Origin: a virus
Direction: 5' to 3' (one strand)
IMG/VR virus record: IMGVR_UViG_3300020577_002236
Span: 1-51,869 of that record
DNA: 51,869 nucleotides
The notes under the pieces: generated by a model
Databases searched by the model: none
What the model was told of the DNA's origin: nothing
What the model saw: only the letters and a program-made list of their open reading frames with translations
In this document: piece after piece, positions 32,890-42,768 of the stretch
Numbering within the stretch: position 1 is the first letter of the stretch
Layout of the letters: every line of letters begins with the position of its first letter
Program-made: the position numbers and the translations under genes

Positions 32890-33917
32890 GAAATTCATGC
32901 AATTATAAATGTGCTGGAACGAATACATTTAGATTGTCATCTACAAAAATTTTTGGTAGATTCGGCAGTAACCTACAGAACATTGAGAAGTCACTCAGGA
33001 AAATCTATAAACCTGACCCAGGTTACGTGTTTGTTCAGGTAGATCAGTCTGGTGCGGAGGCACTCATCGTTGCTTATTGCTGTGTTGCTGGTCAATATAG
33101 GCAGTTGTTTATCAACAATGTGAAGCCACACAGCTACTTAGCGATGTCACTATTTAAGCACATCTGGCCGAAGAAGATGCTTGAATATAGGTTGATATCT
33201 TCTGCTTCTGAATTCAACATAGAGGATGTAATCAGGACACCAATCGCTGACTTGAAGAACAATCCGCACTGGAAAAATCTAGCTAACCTAATCAAGGAAT
33301 CTGACGATTGGTCTCTCCAAGAACGTTACTATTATCTAGCAAAGCAAACTGAACACAGTAGTAACTATGACATCCGTCCTCCCACATTCCGAATGAATGT
33401 GTTGGAGAAATCTGGTGGCAAGATTGTGATTAGTGAGCAGGACTCAATCAACTTCTTACAAACTAAGCATGGGTTGTTCCCAGAGATTAAGGGCAGCTAT
33501 CACCGCTATGTGGAACGGTGTGCTAAAGACACCAGAACGTTGTTCAATCTGCACGGTCACCCATATCAAATCTCTGAATTTGAGATTGACGATAACGCAC
33601 TGAAAGAACTGTATGCGTGGATACCTCAGAGCACAGTGGGTGAGATTACGAACATAGCTTATGCTAGAATGTATGAGCATATTGTTCAATACAATTTGAA
33701 GTGGGACTTGTTAGCCAATACTCATGACAGCTATTTGATACAGTGTCCAGAAGGCGAGGTAGCTGAGTGTGTTGAGAGAGCTAGAGAGTTCATGAACCAA
33801 GAACTTACTTCTCCGATAGATGGAGTGAAGTTCTCAATGAAATCAGAAGCCGCAGTTGGCTATAATTGGGGAGCTTATAAGAAAGACAGCAACCCGAATG
33901 GATTAAAAGGACTATGA
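32886..33917 (+). CDS. Family-A DNA polymerase, C-terminal piece (fingers/palm, motifs A-C)
   Basis: 'GTNTFRLSS....GSNLQNI' (T-G-R-L-S/NLQNIP region), motif A 'VQVDQSGAEALIVAY', motif B-like 'YYLAKQTEHSSNYD' and motif C 'NTHDSYLIQ'. Confidence 0.8.
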   Translation: MRNSCNYKCAGTNTFRLSSTKIFGRFGSNLQNIEKSLRKIYKPDPGYVFVQVDQSGAEALIVAYCCVAGQYRQLFINNVKPHSYLAMSLFKHIWPKKMLEYRLISSASEFNIEDVIRTPIADLKNNPHWKNLANLIKESDDWSLQERYYYLAKQTEHSSNYDIRPPTFRMNVLEKSGGKIVISEQDSINFLQTKHGLFPEIKGSYHRYVERCAKDTRTLFNLHGHPYQISEFEIDDNALKELYAWIPQSTVGEITNIAYARMYEHIVQYNLKWDLLANTHDSYLIQCPEGEVAECVERAREFMNQELTSPIDGVKFSMKSEAAVGYNWGAYKKDSNPNGLKGL

Positions 33918-35269
33918 CCAACGCTGAGAAATGGTTACAATTTACGGACGGTTTGCCATCACCAGATAATTTCATCAGGTGGAGTTACCGGTATATGATA
34001 GCTGCTGCCTTACAGAGGCGAGTGTGGTCTCCTCCAGACCATGACCGCATTTACCCCAATATGTATGTCGCCCTAGTAGGCCCTCCCGGGACAGGTAAAG
34101 GTGGCCCAATCAGAGCGGTCAATTCAATCATCACTGAGCACAAGTTGAAAGATGTCAAGCACTCAGCTAAGTTCGAGGGGGAGAATAAGAACTTAGCCAA
34201 GGCTGCCGAAGATTATACTTATAAGGAAGCCTCCGAAGAAATGATGCAGGGGAGAGGGAAGTCCTCGATACCTGATGAACCTTTAGTCATACCTGTAGCT
34301 GCTGATGCTGTGACCTATGAGGCACTTGTCAAGTCAATGGCTACCTGCGTAAGGTCCATTAACTATGAATCTGTAGCGGATGATGGAACTAAGAAGATGC
34401 GCATCTACATGCACGCATCTCAGTGTTTCATCCTAGAGGAAATGGCTTCTCTGTTCCGTGACCATCAGAAGACATTGATCAACTTCTTGATTCAAGCTTA
34501 TGATTGCTCTGACACCTATGAGTATAGAACTAAGAACTCAGGTCGTGACCGCATCCTTAAGATGTGTTTGAACTTTATAGCTGGCACTACCCCGGAGTTC
34601 ATGCAAGAATCATTCGATGATGCTATCATTCGGAATGGTTACTCATCTCGAACATTCTTCATCTACGCAGCTAAGAACAGGAAAGAGATATTCTTCCGCC
34701 CTGAACTTACTGAGGCACAAAAGAAATACAGAGCTGAGATTAGCGCTCATGTGAAAGCTCTCACTTCGCTGTATGGACCAATCCAGTTTAAGCCTGAGAC
34801 TGCCCAATTCTTACAAAGCTGGCTAGAGAAATTCAGGGCGGGAGCTTCTGCACGGTTAGCTAGAGCACCTAAGATGGCTAGCTTTGAAGCTCGCATCAAT
34901 ATTCATATCATGAAGGTAGCAATGGCTAATCACTTTGGTGAGTCTACTGACATGTTCATCCCGCAGTCCACATTTGAGCAGGCTATTGAGGACATCTTGA
35001 AAGAGATGCCTAACATGTCCCTTGCTCTCACGGTGGGTGGTGATAACCCGCTCTCGAAAGTCTCCATGAAAGTAGTGGAGCATTTGAAGGTAGCAGGTCG
35101 GAAGACTTTCAACGAATTGCTGGTGCAGTTCTGGGAACACTGTCAGAACGGGAAGCAAGGTCTCGAAGAGATTCTTACTTACTTGCAGCAGACAGACCAA
35201 ATCATCTTCGAGACCAAGGTGGACGAAACTACAGGGAAGCAGACCATTTACTACAGTGCTAAGGAATAA
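33914..35269 (+). CDS. P-loop NTPase, putative replicative helicase (SF3/AAA+-like)
   Basis: Walker A 'VALVGPPGTGKGGP' and Walker-B-like 'CFILEEM'. It is 451 aa and is the last gene of the replication arm. No primase motif was recognised. Confidence 0.5.
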   Translation: MTNAEKWLQFTDGLPSPDNFIRWSYRYMIAAALQRRVWSPPDHDRIYPNMYVALVGPPGTGKGGPIRAVNSIITEHKLKDVKHSAKFEGENKNLAKAAEDYTYKEASEEMMQGRGKSSIPDEPLVIPVAADAVTYEALVKSMATCVRSINYESVADDGTKKMRIYMHASQCFILEEMASLFRDHQKTLINFLIQAYDCSDTYEYRTKNSGRDRILKMCLNFIAGTTPEFMQESFDDAIIRNGYSSRTFFIYAAKNRKEIFFRPELTEAQKKYRAEISAHVKALTSLYGPIQFKPETAQFLQSWLEKFRAGASARLARAPKMASFEARINIHIMKVAMANHFGESTDMFIPQSTFEQAIEDILKEMPNMSLALTVGGDNPLSKVSMKVVEHLKVAGRKTFNELLVQFWEHCQNGKQGLEEILTYLQQTDQIIFETKVDETTGKQTIYYSAKE

Positions 35270-38200
35270 GTCTTGACTTCATCTTGTTGAGAGCTGATTG
35301 CTTAACGTAGTCTTCAATCCGGCGGTCAGCTTCTTCTTGTCCTTGTGTATCAATCAGGAACTTGTAGTAACGAGCAAACTCTACAGGATTCTCTTGAGGA
35401 TTAGGGACAGTCTGATAACTGTTCCCCTTCAACGAACGTAAGTTCTTCTTCGCTTCCGATGGGTTGCTTTCTGCCTTCTCAATAGCCTTCTTCACAATTC
35501 CTGGTGCTAATTCAGCAGCTTTCCCAATGTCAGCAGTTCTCTTAAACTTCTTCTCATCCATGTTCAAGTAAGGATTCGTCGGTGTGAAGTCCTTAGTTGG
35601 TTTTCCTTCTAATTCATTAAAGATACGACGGTCACGGAACTTGTCTGAGCGTTCCAAGTCTTCTTCTTTCCAAGTGTGATTAGCCAGTATCCGAGCTGAC
35701 TGCACATTGTTCACTGCTGTGTCAATAGTGAACGCCTTCAACACTTCCCAAGGGTCTTCTCCCTGTCTCAGTGCCTCTAACATATCACTAACAGATTCCG
35801 CTGTGCGAACAGCAGCAGTGGCTGTCGGGAAACTCACTACATTCCGTGGTGTTTTCCCACGAATACCCATGTCAGCGAGAGTCTTTAATCCGTCAGACAT
35901 GATGCCTGCATGTGAGCCAAGTTGCATCAGTGTAGCTAGCTCATGAGTAATGCTTGCTGCATCACCCTTCGCTAGCGCTTCCTTAACAGTTGGGTCACTG
36001 GCTTTTCTACCGGACATCAGTGTGTTCAACTGCTGAATAGCTGCACCTGTCATCAATGACCCAAGAGTATAAGTCAAGAGAGGTAAGCGATTCTCACCGG
36101 TGATAAACGGTTTGTAGACATCTTTGTATATGACGTTTGATTTCTCAATAGACCATTTCTGCAAACTTAGAAATGGTGCAAATTGAGAATCGACAACACC
36201 CAATGGCAATCCTCGCCCACCATAAGTTCCCTGATTCCTATCAGTGAAATTCTTCCCAATCTGGTTCAGTGCTGCTTCCAGTTCTTCGCCTTGCAGTTGA
36301 GTGACATCTCCCTTCACTAAGTCACTGAACTTACTGAGCCAGTTCTTCGCTTTAACATCTCCCGCTTTTGCAGCTAGCACGTTGTTTCTGCCTAGTTCTT
36401 TACCCATTGAGAAGGCGATATCTCTAGAGAGATTCTCCAAGTATTCACGTCCCTGATATTTCCGGAGTGCATCAGCTACTTTCCCAACAATGGTAGAGAA
36501 TCTGTCTGGTGCATTCAGGACTTCACCGAACTGAACACGATCAATGCTAGGTTGACGAGCGGCAAACCTCAAGGCATCATTGCTATTCTTCCGGACATCC
36601 ATCAACCCCCGCCAAGCTGCACCAAGGTCAGAGAACCTGTCAATGTAAGGTAAGCTGTTCACAGGAACAGAGGCTAAATCTCTCACACCAGTAGCAGGTC
36701 CGAGTAGAGCGTTATTGATGAGGCGGACTATGCTGCTGAGCTTAGGCTGCTTATGTGTTTTTCCGCTGACATTCCCAGTAATCCATTGCATCATGTTCTG
36801 AATTAAAGGAGACTGTGGCAGTTGGCTGTCCTTGTAACCTGGGATAATCCCACCGTGCTGATTCTTCACAAGCAGTGGTCCAGCAATCTCAGGTTTGCTC
36901 TGGATTTCTTGGAAGAAAGCTAGGTCAGCAGCTGCTCTACGATTGTAGCGAGCTAGTGCATTGATAGCATCAGGGTCACGCATACTCTCCGGTAAGCCAT
37001 AACCAGCTGCTCTCCGGATAGCACCGAACTCTAGTGAGAGGTAGTTGTTGTCACCACCATTCAGCGCTCTGACATACTCATTGATGTCCTCTTTAGCTTT
37101 CGCCAAGGTGACTTTCCCATCAGACTGGTCAACAACATATTGTGCCCATTCATTCTTGCGGAACATGGTTTCAGGAGCAGTAGGCTTATTGATGAACATG
37201 TCCAGAGTTTCAGCGTTCAGCATGTCCGGAACGTAATATTCATTCTTGCCAGCTTCTCGACCACCAATCCGGATGCCTAAATTACGACGGATATCAGCAA
37301 TAGTTCCGTAGTAGTCCTTCAATGTCTGGCTAATTGCTTGGTCTTCCGCTCCTGTCAGGACAGGTTCAACTCCATCACGATAAGCTCTACGATGTTCAGC
37401 GATAACTTTGTTCACTGCGTCTCTGTCAAACCCAGACAACTTATCAAGTGCTACATTCCCTAACCCAGTATACTGGTCTTTCCGAGCCTCATAATTTCTA
37501 GCTGCTTGGGCATGTGGAACACTAATCCGCTCGACCTTGTCAAACGTAGATTCCATGGGGCGGAAGAATGACTTCCGACTGTTGTCTACAGGAAATGGTT
37601 GAACTTCACCTTCTTCTTGTTGAAGGCCTCTGTCTGCTTCACTGTTGCGCTTCTCAAAATAGCTGAACGGTTCTGTCTTACCACCTTTCACTGATTCAAG
37701 AGGGAAGGACAATGCGCTGACATCTGTTTTAGGTGTGCCATCTGGGTTCTTGAAGATGAGGTCACGTCTTGGTGTTTTTGCTCTTGTAGCTAGTGGACCT
37801 GCTCCACCTCCTTCAACCGCCATCTTATGCTCACCAAATGAAACCTTCTCTCCTTCACTGCCAGTCAACTCCCTCAACATCTTAGGTAGGATTTGGTCGT
37901 AGTGAAGACGCATGCCTTTTTCTTGTTCTGGACGTGCTTTACGAACATGCCAAGAATTATTTACATGTTTTATATCAAATAAAGAAGGATTTTGATCGTC
38001 GTTTTCTAGCCATTTAATTACATCTTCCCTTGTAACAGGTTCTCCTGTTCTTGGATTGGTGTCACTAAGTGTTTCTGTTTGACGCATGTCAGGGTGTCTA
38101 TCATGCCCCTCCATCAACATCGCACTCTCTGCATCTTGTATTGCAATACGTTTTGCACCATTAGCACGTGCGTGTTCAATAGCTGACTTCAAAGCTAGAC

Positions 38201-41200
38201 GTTCGTAGTGGGCAAGGAGGGGGTCGTCACTACGTTTTATGTTTTCTCGGTTAATTCGTTGGTTTTCAACAGGGTCTAAATCATAGACATTTTTATTCTG
38301 CTCTAGTTTACGTTGTTGCTGCGCCCAATCACTCTGCACTTCAATGATGTGGAAAGTATCCCCTTCCATGTAACCACGAACAAAGCCGAGAGTGTTAGGA
38401 GGGAAGTTGTGGGAGGAGGGGAATTGCGGATAGATATTAGGAACACGTTTATTCCCCTGAGAGTCTTCAAACGAGTGAGGATTAGTTTTGTCTTTTGGTA
38501 TAATTCGACTGCCCATAGGCTTCACCACCGCAATCTCCACATAATCCTTCATTTCGGATTCTGGTTTGGGTGCGACGGATTGCCAGTGAGATTCTTGGCC
38601 AAAATCTATTCTGTCCCATCCTTCAATGTTACGACTATTTGCAAAACGTTCATTTTGTAAATCATTATACCGCTTGATTAGCTCTTGAACTCGACCACGT
38701 GTGATGCCTTGTGGTGCTTCTATTTGTTGGTAGTGTGGAAATCTATCATTACCTCCAGCATCCATACGATAAAGTTCATGCCAATTTCCACTTATAGTGT
38801 CAAGTTCATGTTCAATATCAACTTGTTTTTCAACTAAACTATTTTCTAGTTCTTCTGCAGCAGATTTTGTTTTTAACTTTGGCTTGTTGCCGAATGTCTT
38901 AACCTCCACCTTTGGTTCACTCTCCCGGAGCCACTTAGTCAGTGCCTCTGGCTTTACAATCTCTCCTTTGGGAAATGCAGTTTCGATACCTATCTCTTGT
39001 AACATAGCCCACTCACCAGGAGGAACCTTATTCTTGATGGTGTTCAAAGCTTGCACACTATTCTGTGCGCCCTTCATTGTGTCACGGACGACACGCTCTG
39101 CTGAGAGCATGAATGGGCGAGTATCATCACGCTGAATACCGCGGTCTGATTCAGAGTTCCTAGAAGTAGGTTTAATATTAGTGGCATTTCCGTCTTCATC
39201 AGCAACATAACTATAAACAGGAATGTCGCTAGGAAGTTTAAGAGATTTCACATAATCATCAGCAGTGAATCCAGGAAGTGAACTAACTCCCTCTTTTTCC
39301 ATCTTGTCAAGTTGTTCAAATAGCTGGTCAATTTCAGCGTCATATTTACGAGACTTGCGCCAATCACTAGTTAAACGGTTATAATCAAGAGGATTTTTCT
39401 CATTGAGGTATGTTTCAGCAAAGTGCTCTTTAGCCCGTTGAATTAAGTTGTCTGCATCTTTTACTGACATGTGTGTTCTGTCATGCACAAGCCAAGGTTT
39501 ACCATTAAATTCAGTGACAGAGTACTCTTTTGTGATGCCAGGTTTTGTGTTAGTCTGTTCAGGACTGTAACCTTTTAGGGGATTGTAAACACCACGGACA
39601 GTTGATTGCTGGTCTAAGGTGCTTAAGATCAATTTATCGCCAGCTTTATTTACAATGATTGAATCAAGAATCTTATTGTAGTTTTCTGTGATTTTCTTTT
39701 GTGCTTCTTTGGTGTTGTTTCTTTCTTGTTCTTGGAGAGCTTGAAGTTTATTTAGCCGATCAAGCGCTTGTTCAGAAGTAATTGGGGGTTGCTCAATTAA
39801 ATCACCTACTTCAACAAGAATTGCTTTTGGTTTTATTTTGGTCTGTCTATCAACTAATCCATCCCCAGGATTATAGCCTTTTTCAGATGCAATAATATCT
39901 CCTTTATTGTAGACTAACGTAACACCACTACCTAAACTTTGATTAGGTTGGTCACCATTTAGAGACACATTTGTACCACGACGAAGGCCATTTTTCAAAA
40001 TGTCTGGGATATCTTCTTCACTACGAACAGTGTGCAGAACAGTGTCGCGGAGTATGCCACGACCATCTTCACTGTTCCGAGATAAGAGCATCTCTTTAGC
40101 TTGCTTGAGAGTATATTGGCCATTGGGCAATGTCTTCAACTCCTTAGTAGAAGGCATCTTATACCCAATCTTATTCATACTCTCCGGATTAGAGGAGAAT
40201 GTATTGCCAAGTTTAGGATGAAACTCATCAACTTGCACATATCCCGCCTCAGGAATCTCCTTAATGTTATTGACAGTAACTCTGACAGACTCATCGTTGA
40301 GGAAAGGTAACCGGTTCTTAGCCAACTTCTCTCCAGGAGTTAGGTTGGTCAAATCGCGAACTTCGATATCCTCATTGCTGCTTAGAACATCATCACCTTC
40401 TTTAGTGTTGAATCCTTCATCACGAGGGATGCCACGATTAGGTTCTGAACCACGTTGAAAGATGGTAGTCTCATCAACCTGTGAGCCAACAGGCATCTTC
40501 CGAACCTTCTCAAGTGCTCTTTCTACAGCACTAATCTTCACCTCATGAGCATCAGGATTCTCAAAGTCATCTGAAGCCATCAGTGTGTCGAGAGCTTCTT
40601 CCAACTTCCTAATAGCATCCTCACGAGTAAATCCTTTATTAGTGTCAATAGTGTCAGCAGTCTTATCTTGTGCTGTCTGACCACCCTCTTCACCAACTGT
40701 AGCATCAAGTGAACGAGCACCAGTTTCAGTGCGCTTCATCTTCATGTATTCACGAACCTTCCGCCCAGCTATACGTTGAACAGTAGCGACAATCCCATCC
40801 TCATCTAATCCCTTTGTAGCAATCTCATTGTAGATGTCCAGAGAAATATCACCTTTCACTTCCTCAGTGAGAAATGGCATCTTATCTGTCCCAGCACGAA
40901 CACGCTTAAGCACATTCCCAATGCTCTGTTTCGCGTAGTGTAGAATGTCTTTAGCTTGAGCCTCAGTAATGTTGTTGAGTGGTTGTTTTCTGCCCGGTGG
41001 AGTAACCATTGTCAGCTCCTGCCCTTTCGGAAACCCTAAAGCAGCACGTTCAGCAGCTGCAGCAGCACGACGTTTCTTCCAGTAGTCTTCACGATTAGTA
41101 GCTTCTCGCTCAAATGGAACATTAGCGGCAGCAGCCCCAGCCATATTAGGGTTAGCAACATTTCCAAGTGGACCATACTTCCCGATAGTTCCCATTTCAC

Positions 41201-42764
41201 CAGTACGGTTAACGAACCTGTAATTCAGAGCCCTCTGTAAGTCATCAGTAGAAGGGATAGTTCCGAATCGCTGTGACCAGAGAGCCTTAGTATCGTTCCA
41301 CCACTTCCGCCAAGGGCCTTCCTTGTTCAAATTCAACTGTTGTTTCAGGAACTCAGCACCCTGCTCTGTAGTAGCAAATTCATGTGCATCAACAGGCTGT
41401 TCGCCAGCTTCTATAAGCTTCTTATTGTAAGCGTCCAGTGATTCCTTTTGCTTACCGTATAGATCACTGAGAAACTTCTTAGCTCTACTGTCGCCATCAG
41501 CAGCCGCCTTTTCAATCTCAGTAATCTCATAGTGCTGTCCTTCATGTGCGATGGTGTCAGAAGTAGATTTTTCTGGGTTGATGATAACTTTCCGTTCTTC
41601 ACCACCTAGCCGAGCAACGCCTTTCTCCGGGATATTAGTTGATTGTTCAACATTAATATTCTTAGAGCGGAGCAAATCACTAGTAACTTCACTGAACTGC
41701 TTAGAAGGAGTCCTAGGAATTTTCTGCTCTTGCATTGCAGTGTTGACTTCTGCTTCCTTAGGAGTCATCAACGCTTCACGGCTGTAACGAGCTTCCTCAA
41801 GTGCAGCAGCTGTAGCATCAGCCAATTCAGCTTGTGTCTGTTTGACACGTTCCAACTCAGCATTCAAAGCTTCTTGCTTAGCAATAGACTCTTGAGCCAG
41901 TGCAATAGCAGACTCATTGAATTGCTGCTGACCAGCTAACGACTGTCTGTAAGCCTCAACGTGTGCATCAGCAGGAGGAGCAGGAGGGACAACTCTTCCC
42001 ATAGTCTGCCTCAAAGCCTCTGGATTGTCAATGGTGCGAGCAGGAGCCTCTACTGGTAAGCGCATCACCTTCCGCCCCAGCGCTGTAGGTTTGTTAAGTG
42101 CTGCACTAATAAGTGTTTCAGTAGCTAGACGGCCAGGGTCAATCTCACCTGTCTCAGCTAGCTGCAAACCAGCATCTGTAGCTCCAGAAATACCAGCACC
42201 CAAACCTACGTTTGCAAGAGCGGAACGATAAGCTGGGTTCAATGTGTTGATGGCTTTGCTACCTGCAACTGAGGCAGCTGGTAATTGTGCAATGCCTTTA
42301 ATTGCATCCTTGGTCACACTAAGTGACGGACGCATCGTCAACAGAGAAGCTCCAATTTCACCGGCTCTAGCAATAACAGGCCGTTCTAATTGATCTTGTG
42401 CTAAACGATCAAGAGCTGCTTGTGGTGTTAGAGCGTCTTGAACTTTACGAGTTGCACCAGATGCTAACATGCCACCAATAAGACCACCACCAATGACAGC
42501 AGCTGGAACAGTTACTGGTGCAAATGGACCACCGGCCAAACCAAGTTCAGCACCAAGTGCTGCTCCACCTGTCATACCTGCTGAAAATCCAGCAGCACCA
42601 GCAGTAGACGGGAGCAAGTTAGCCAGAGCAGCCCGCCCAGCAACTGCACCAACTGATGCTTTAGGCGGGTCTGGAAATTCAACCAGCTCACCTTTGTAGC
42701 TAGATGTATCGTAACCTTCCGACTCTAGCTGATTCAATTCGTCTGGTGTTAATTTGCGTAACAT
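35259..42764 (-). CDS. Giant (2501 aa) multidomain virion/internal protein, polyvalent-protein-like
   Basis: It is a single uninterrupted ORF. The N-terminal Gly/Ala-rich hydrophobic segment is glycine-zipper-like (GAAGFSAGMTGGAALGAELGLAGG...GGGLIGGMLASGA). It has an HExxH motif 'IAHEGQHYE' and several distinct globular regions, and it is the last gene of the structural arm. Confidence 0.6.
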   Translation of the reverse strand: MLRKLTPDELNQLESEGYDTSSYKGELVEFPDPPKASVGAVAGRAALANLLPSTAGAAGFSAGMTGGAALGAELGLAGGPFAPVTVPAAVIGGGLIGGMLASGATRKVQDALTPQAALDRLAQDQLERPVIARAGEIGASLLTMRPSLSVTKDAIKGIAQLPAASVAGSKAINTLNPAYRSALANVGLGAGISGATDAGLQLAETGEIDPGRLATETLISAALNKPTALGRKVMRLPVEAPARTIDNPEALRQTMGRVVPPAPPADAHVEAYRQSLAGQQQFNESAIALAQESIAKQEALNAELERVKQTQAELADATAAALEEARYSREALMTPKEAEVNTAMQEQKIPRTPSKQFSEVTSDLLRSKNINVEQSTNIPEKGVARLGGEERKVIINPEKSTSDTIAHEGQHYEITEIEKAAADGDSRAKKFLSDLYGKQKESLDAYNKKLIEAGEQPVDAHEFATTEQGAEFLKQQLNLNKEGPWRKWWNDTKALWSQRFGTIPSTDDLQRALNYRFVNRTGEMGTIGKYGPLGNVANPNMAGAAAANVPFEREATNREDYWKKRRAAAAAERAALGFPKGQELTMVTPPGRKQPLNNITEAQAKDILHYAKQSIGNVLKRVRAGTDKMPFLTEEVKGDISLDIYNEIATKGLDEDGIVATVQRIAGRKVREYMKMKRTETGARSLDATVGEEGGQTAQDKTADTIDTNKGFTREDAIRKLEEALDTLMASDDFENPDAHEVKISAVERALEKVRKMPVGSQVDETTIFQRGSEPNRGIPRDEGFNTKEGDDVLSSNEDIEVRDLTNLTPGEKLAKNRLPFLNDESVRVTVNNIKEIPEAGYVQVDEFHPKLGNTFSSNPESMNKIGYKMPSTKELKTLPNGQYTLKQAKEMLLSRNSEDGRGILRDTVLHTVRSEEDIPDILKNGLRRGTNVSLNGDQPNQSLGSGVTLVYNKGDIIASEKGYNPGDGLVDRQTKIKPKAILVEVGDLIEQPPITSEQALDRLNKLQALQEQERNNTKEAQKKITENYNKILDSIIVNKAGDKLILSTLDQQSTVRGVYNPLKGYSPEQTNTKPGITKEYSVTEFNGKPWLVHDRTHMSVKDADNLIQRAKEHFAETYLNEKNPLDYNRLTSDWRKSRKYDAEIDQLFEQLDKMEKEGVSSLPGFTADDYVKSLKLPSDIPVYSYVADEDGNATNIKPTSRNSESDRGIQRDDTRPFMLSAERVVRDTMKGAQNSVQALNTIKNKVPPGEWAMLQEIGIETAFPKGEIVKPEALTKWLRESEPKVEVKTFGNKPKLKTKSAAEELENSLVEKQVDIEHELDTISGNWHELYRMDAGGNDRFPHYQQIEAPQGITRGRVQELIKRYNDLQNERFANSRNIEGWDRIDFGQESHWQSVAPKPESEMKDYVEIAVVKPMGSRIIPKDKTNPHSFEDSQGNKRVPNIYPQFPSSHNFPPNTLGFVRGYMEGDTFHIIEVQSDWAQQQRKLEQNKNVYDLDPVENQRINRENIKRSDDPLLAHYERLALKSAIEHARANGAKRIAIQDAESAMLMEGHDRHPDMRQTETLSDTNPRTGEPVTREDVIKWLENDDQNPSLFDIKHVNNSWHVRKARPEQEKGMRLHYDQILPKMLRELTGSEGEKVSFGEHKMAVEGGGAGPLATRAKTPRRDLIFKNPDGTPKTDVSALSFPLESVKGGKTEPFSYFEKRNSEADRGLQQEEGEVQPFPVDNSRKSFFRPMESTFDKVERISVPHAQAARNYEARKDQYTGLGNVALDKLSGFDRDAVNKVIAEHRRAYRDGVEPVLTGAEDQAISQTLKDYYGTIADIRRNLGIRIGGREAGKNEYYVPDMLNAETLDMFINKPTAPETMFRKNEWAQYVVDQSDGKVTLAKAKEDINEYVRALNGGDNNYLSLEFGAIRRAAGYGLPESMRDPDAINALARYNRRAAADLAFFQEIQSKPEIAGPLLVKNQHGGIIPGYKDSQLPQSPLIQNMMQWITGNVSGKTHKQPKLSSIVRLINNALLGPATGVRDLASVPVNSLPYIDRFSDLGAAWRGLMDVRKNSNDALRFAARQPSIDRVQFGEVLNAPDRFSTIVGKVADALRKYQGREYLENLSRDIAFSMGKELGRNNVLAAKAGDVKAKNWLSKFSDLVKGDVTQLQGEELEAALNQIGKNFTDRNQGTYGGRGLPLGVVDSQFAPFLSLQKWSIEKSNVIYKDVYKPFITGENRLPLLTYTLGSLMTGAAIQQLNTLMSGRKASDPTVKEALAKGDAASITHELATLMQLGSHAGIMSDGLKTLADMGIRGKTPRNVVSFPTATAAVRTAESVSDMLEALRQGEDPWEVLKAFTIDTAVNNVQSARILANHTWKEEDLERSDKFRDRRIFNELEGKPTKDFTPTNPYLNMDEKKFKRTADIGKAAELAPGIVKKAIEKAESNPSEAKKNLRSLKGNSYQTVPNPQENPVEFARYYKFLIDTQGQEEADRRIEDYVKQSALNKMKSRLIP

Positions 42765-42768
42765 AAAA

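Noticed and set aside
33058-33074. GGCAC-TCATCG-TTGC sigma54-like site
   Set aside because: The spacer is one nt too long (N6), and the site is inside the polymerase C-terminal piece.
35259-35269. Bidirectional terminator at the convergence point of the two arms
   Set aside because: The two terminal genes overlap tail-to-tail by 11 nt. Only a tight AAGTC-TT-GACTT palindrome is present, and its loop is too short for a stable hairpin. No convincing terminator is visible.
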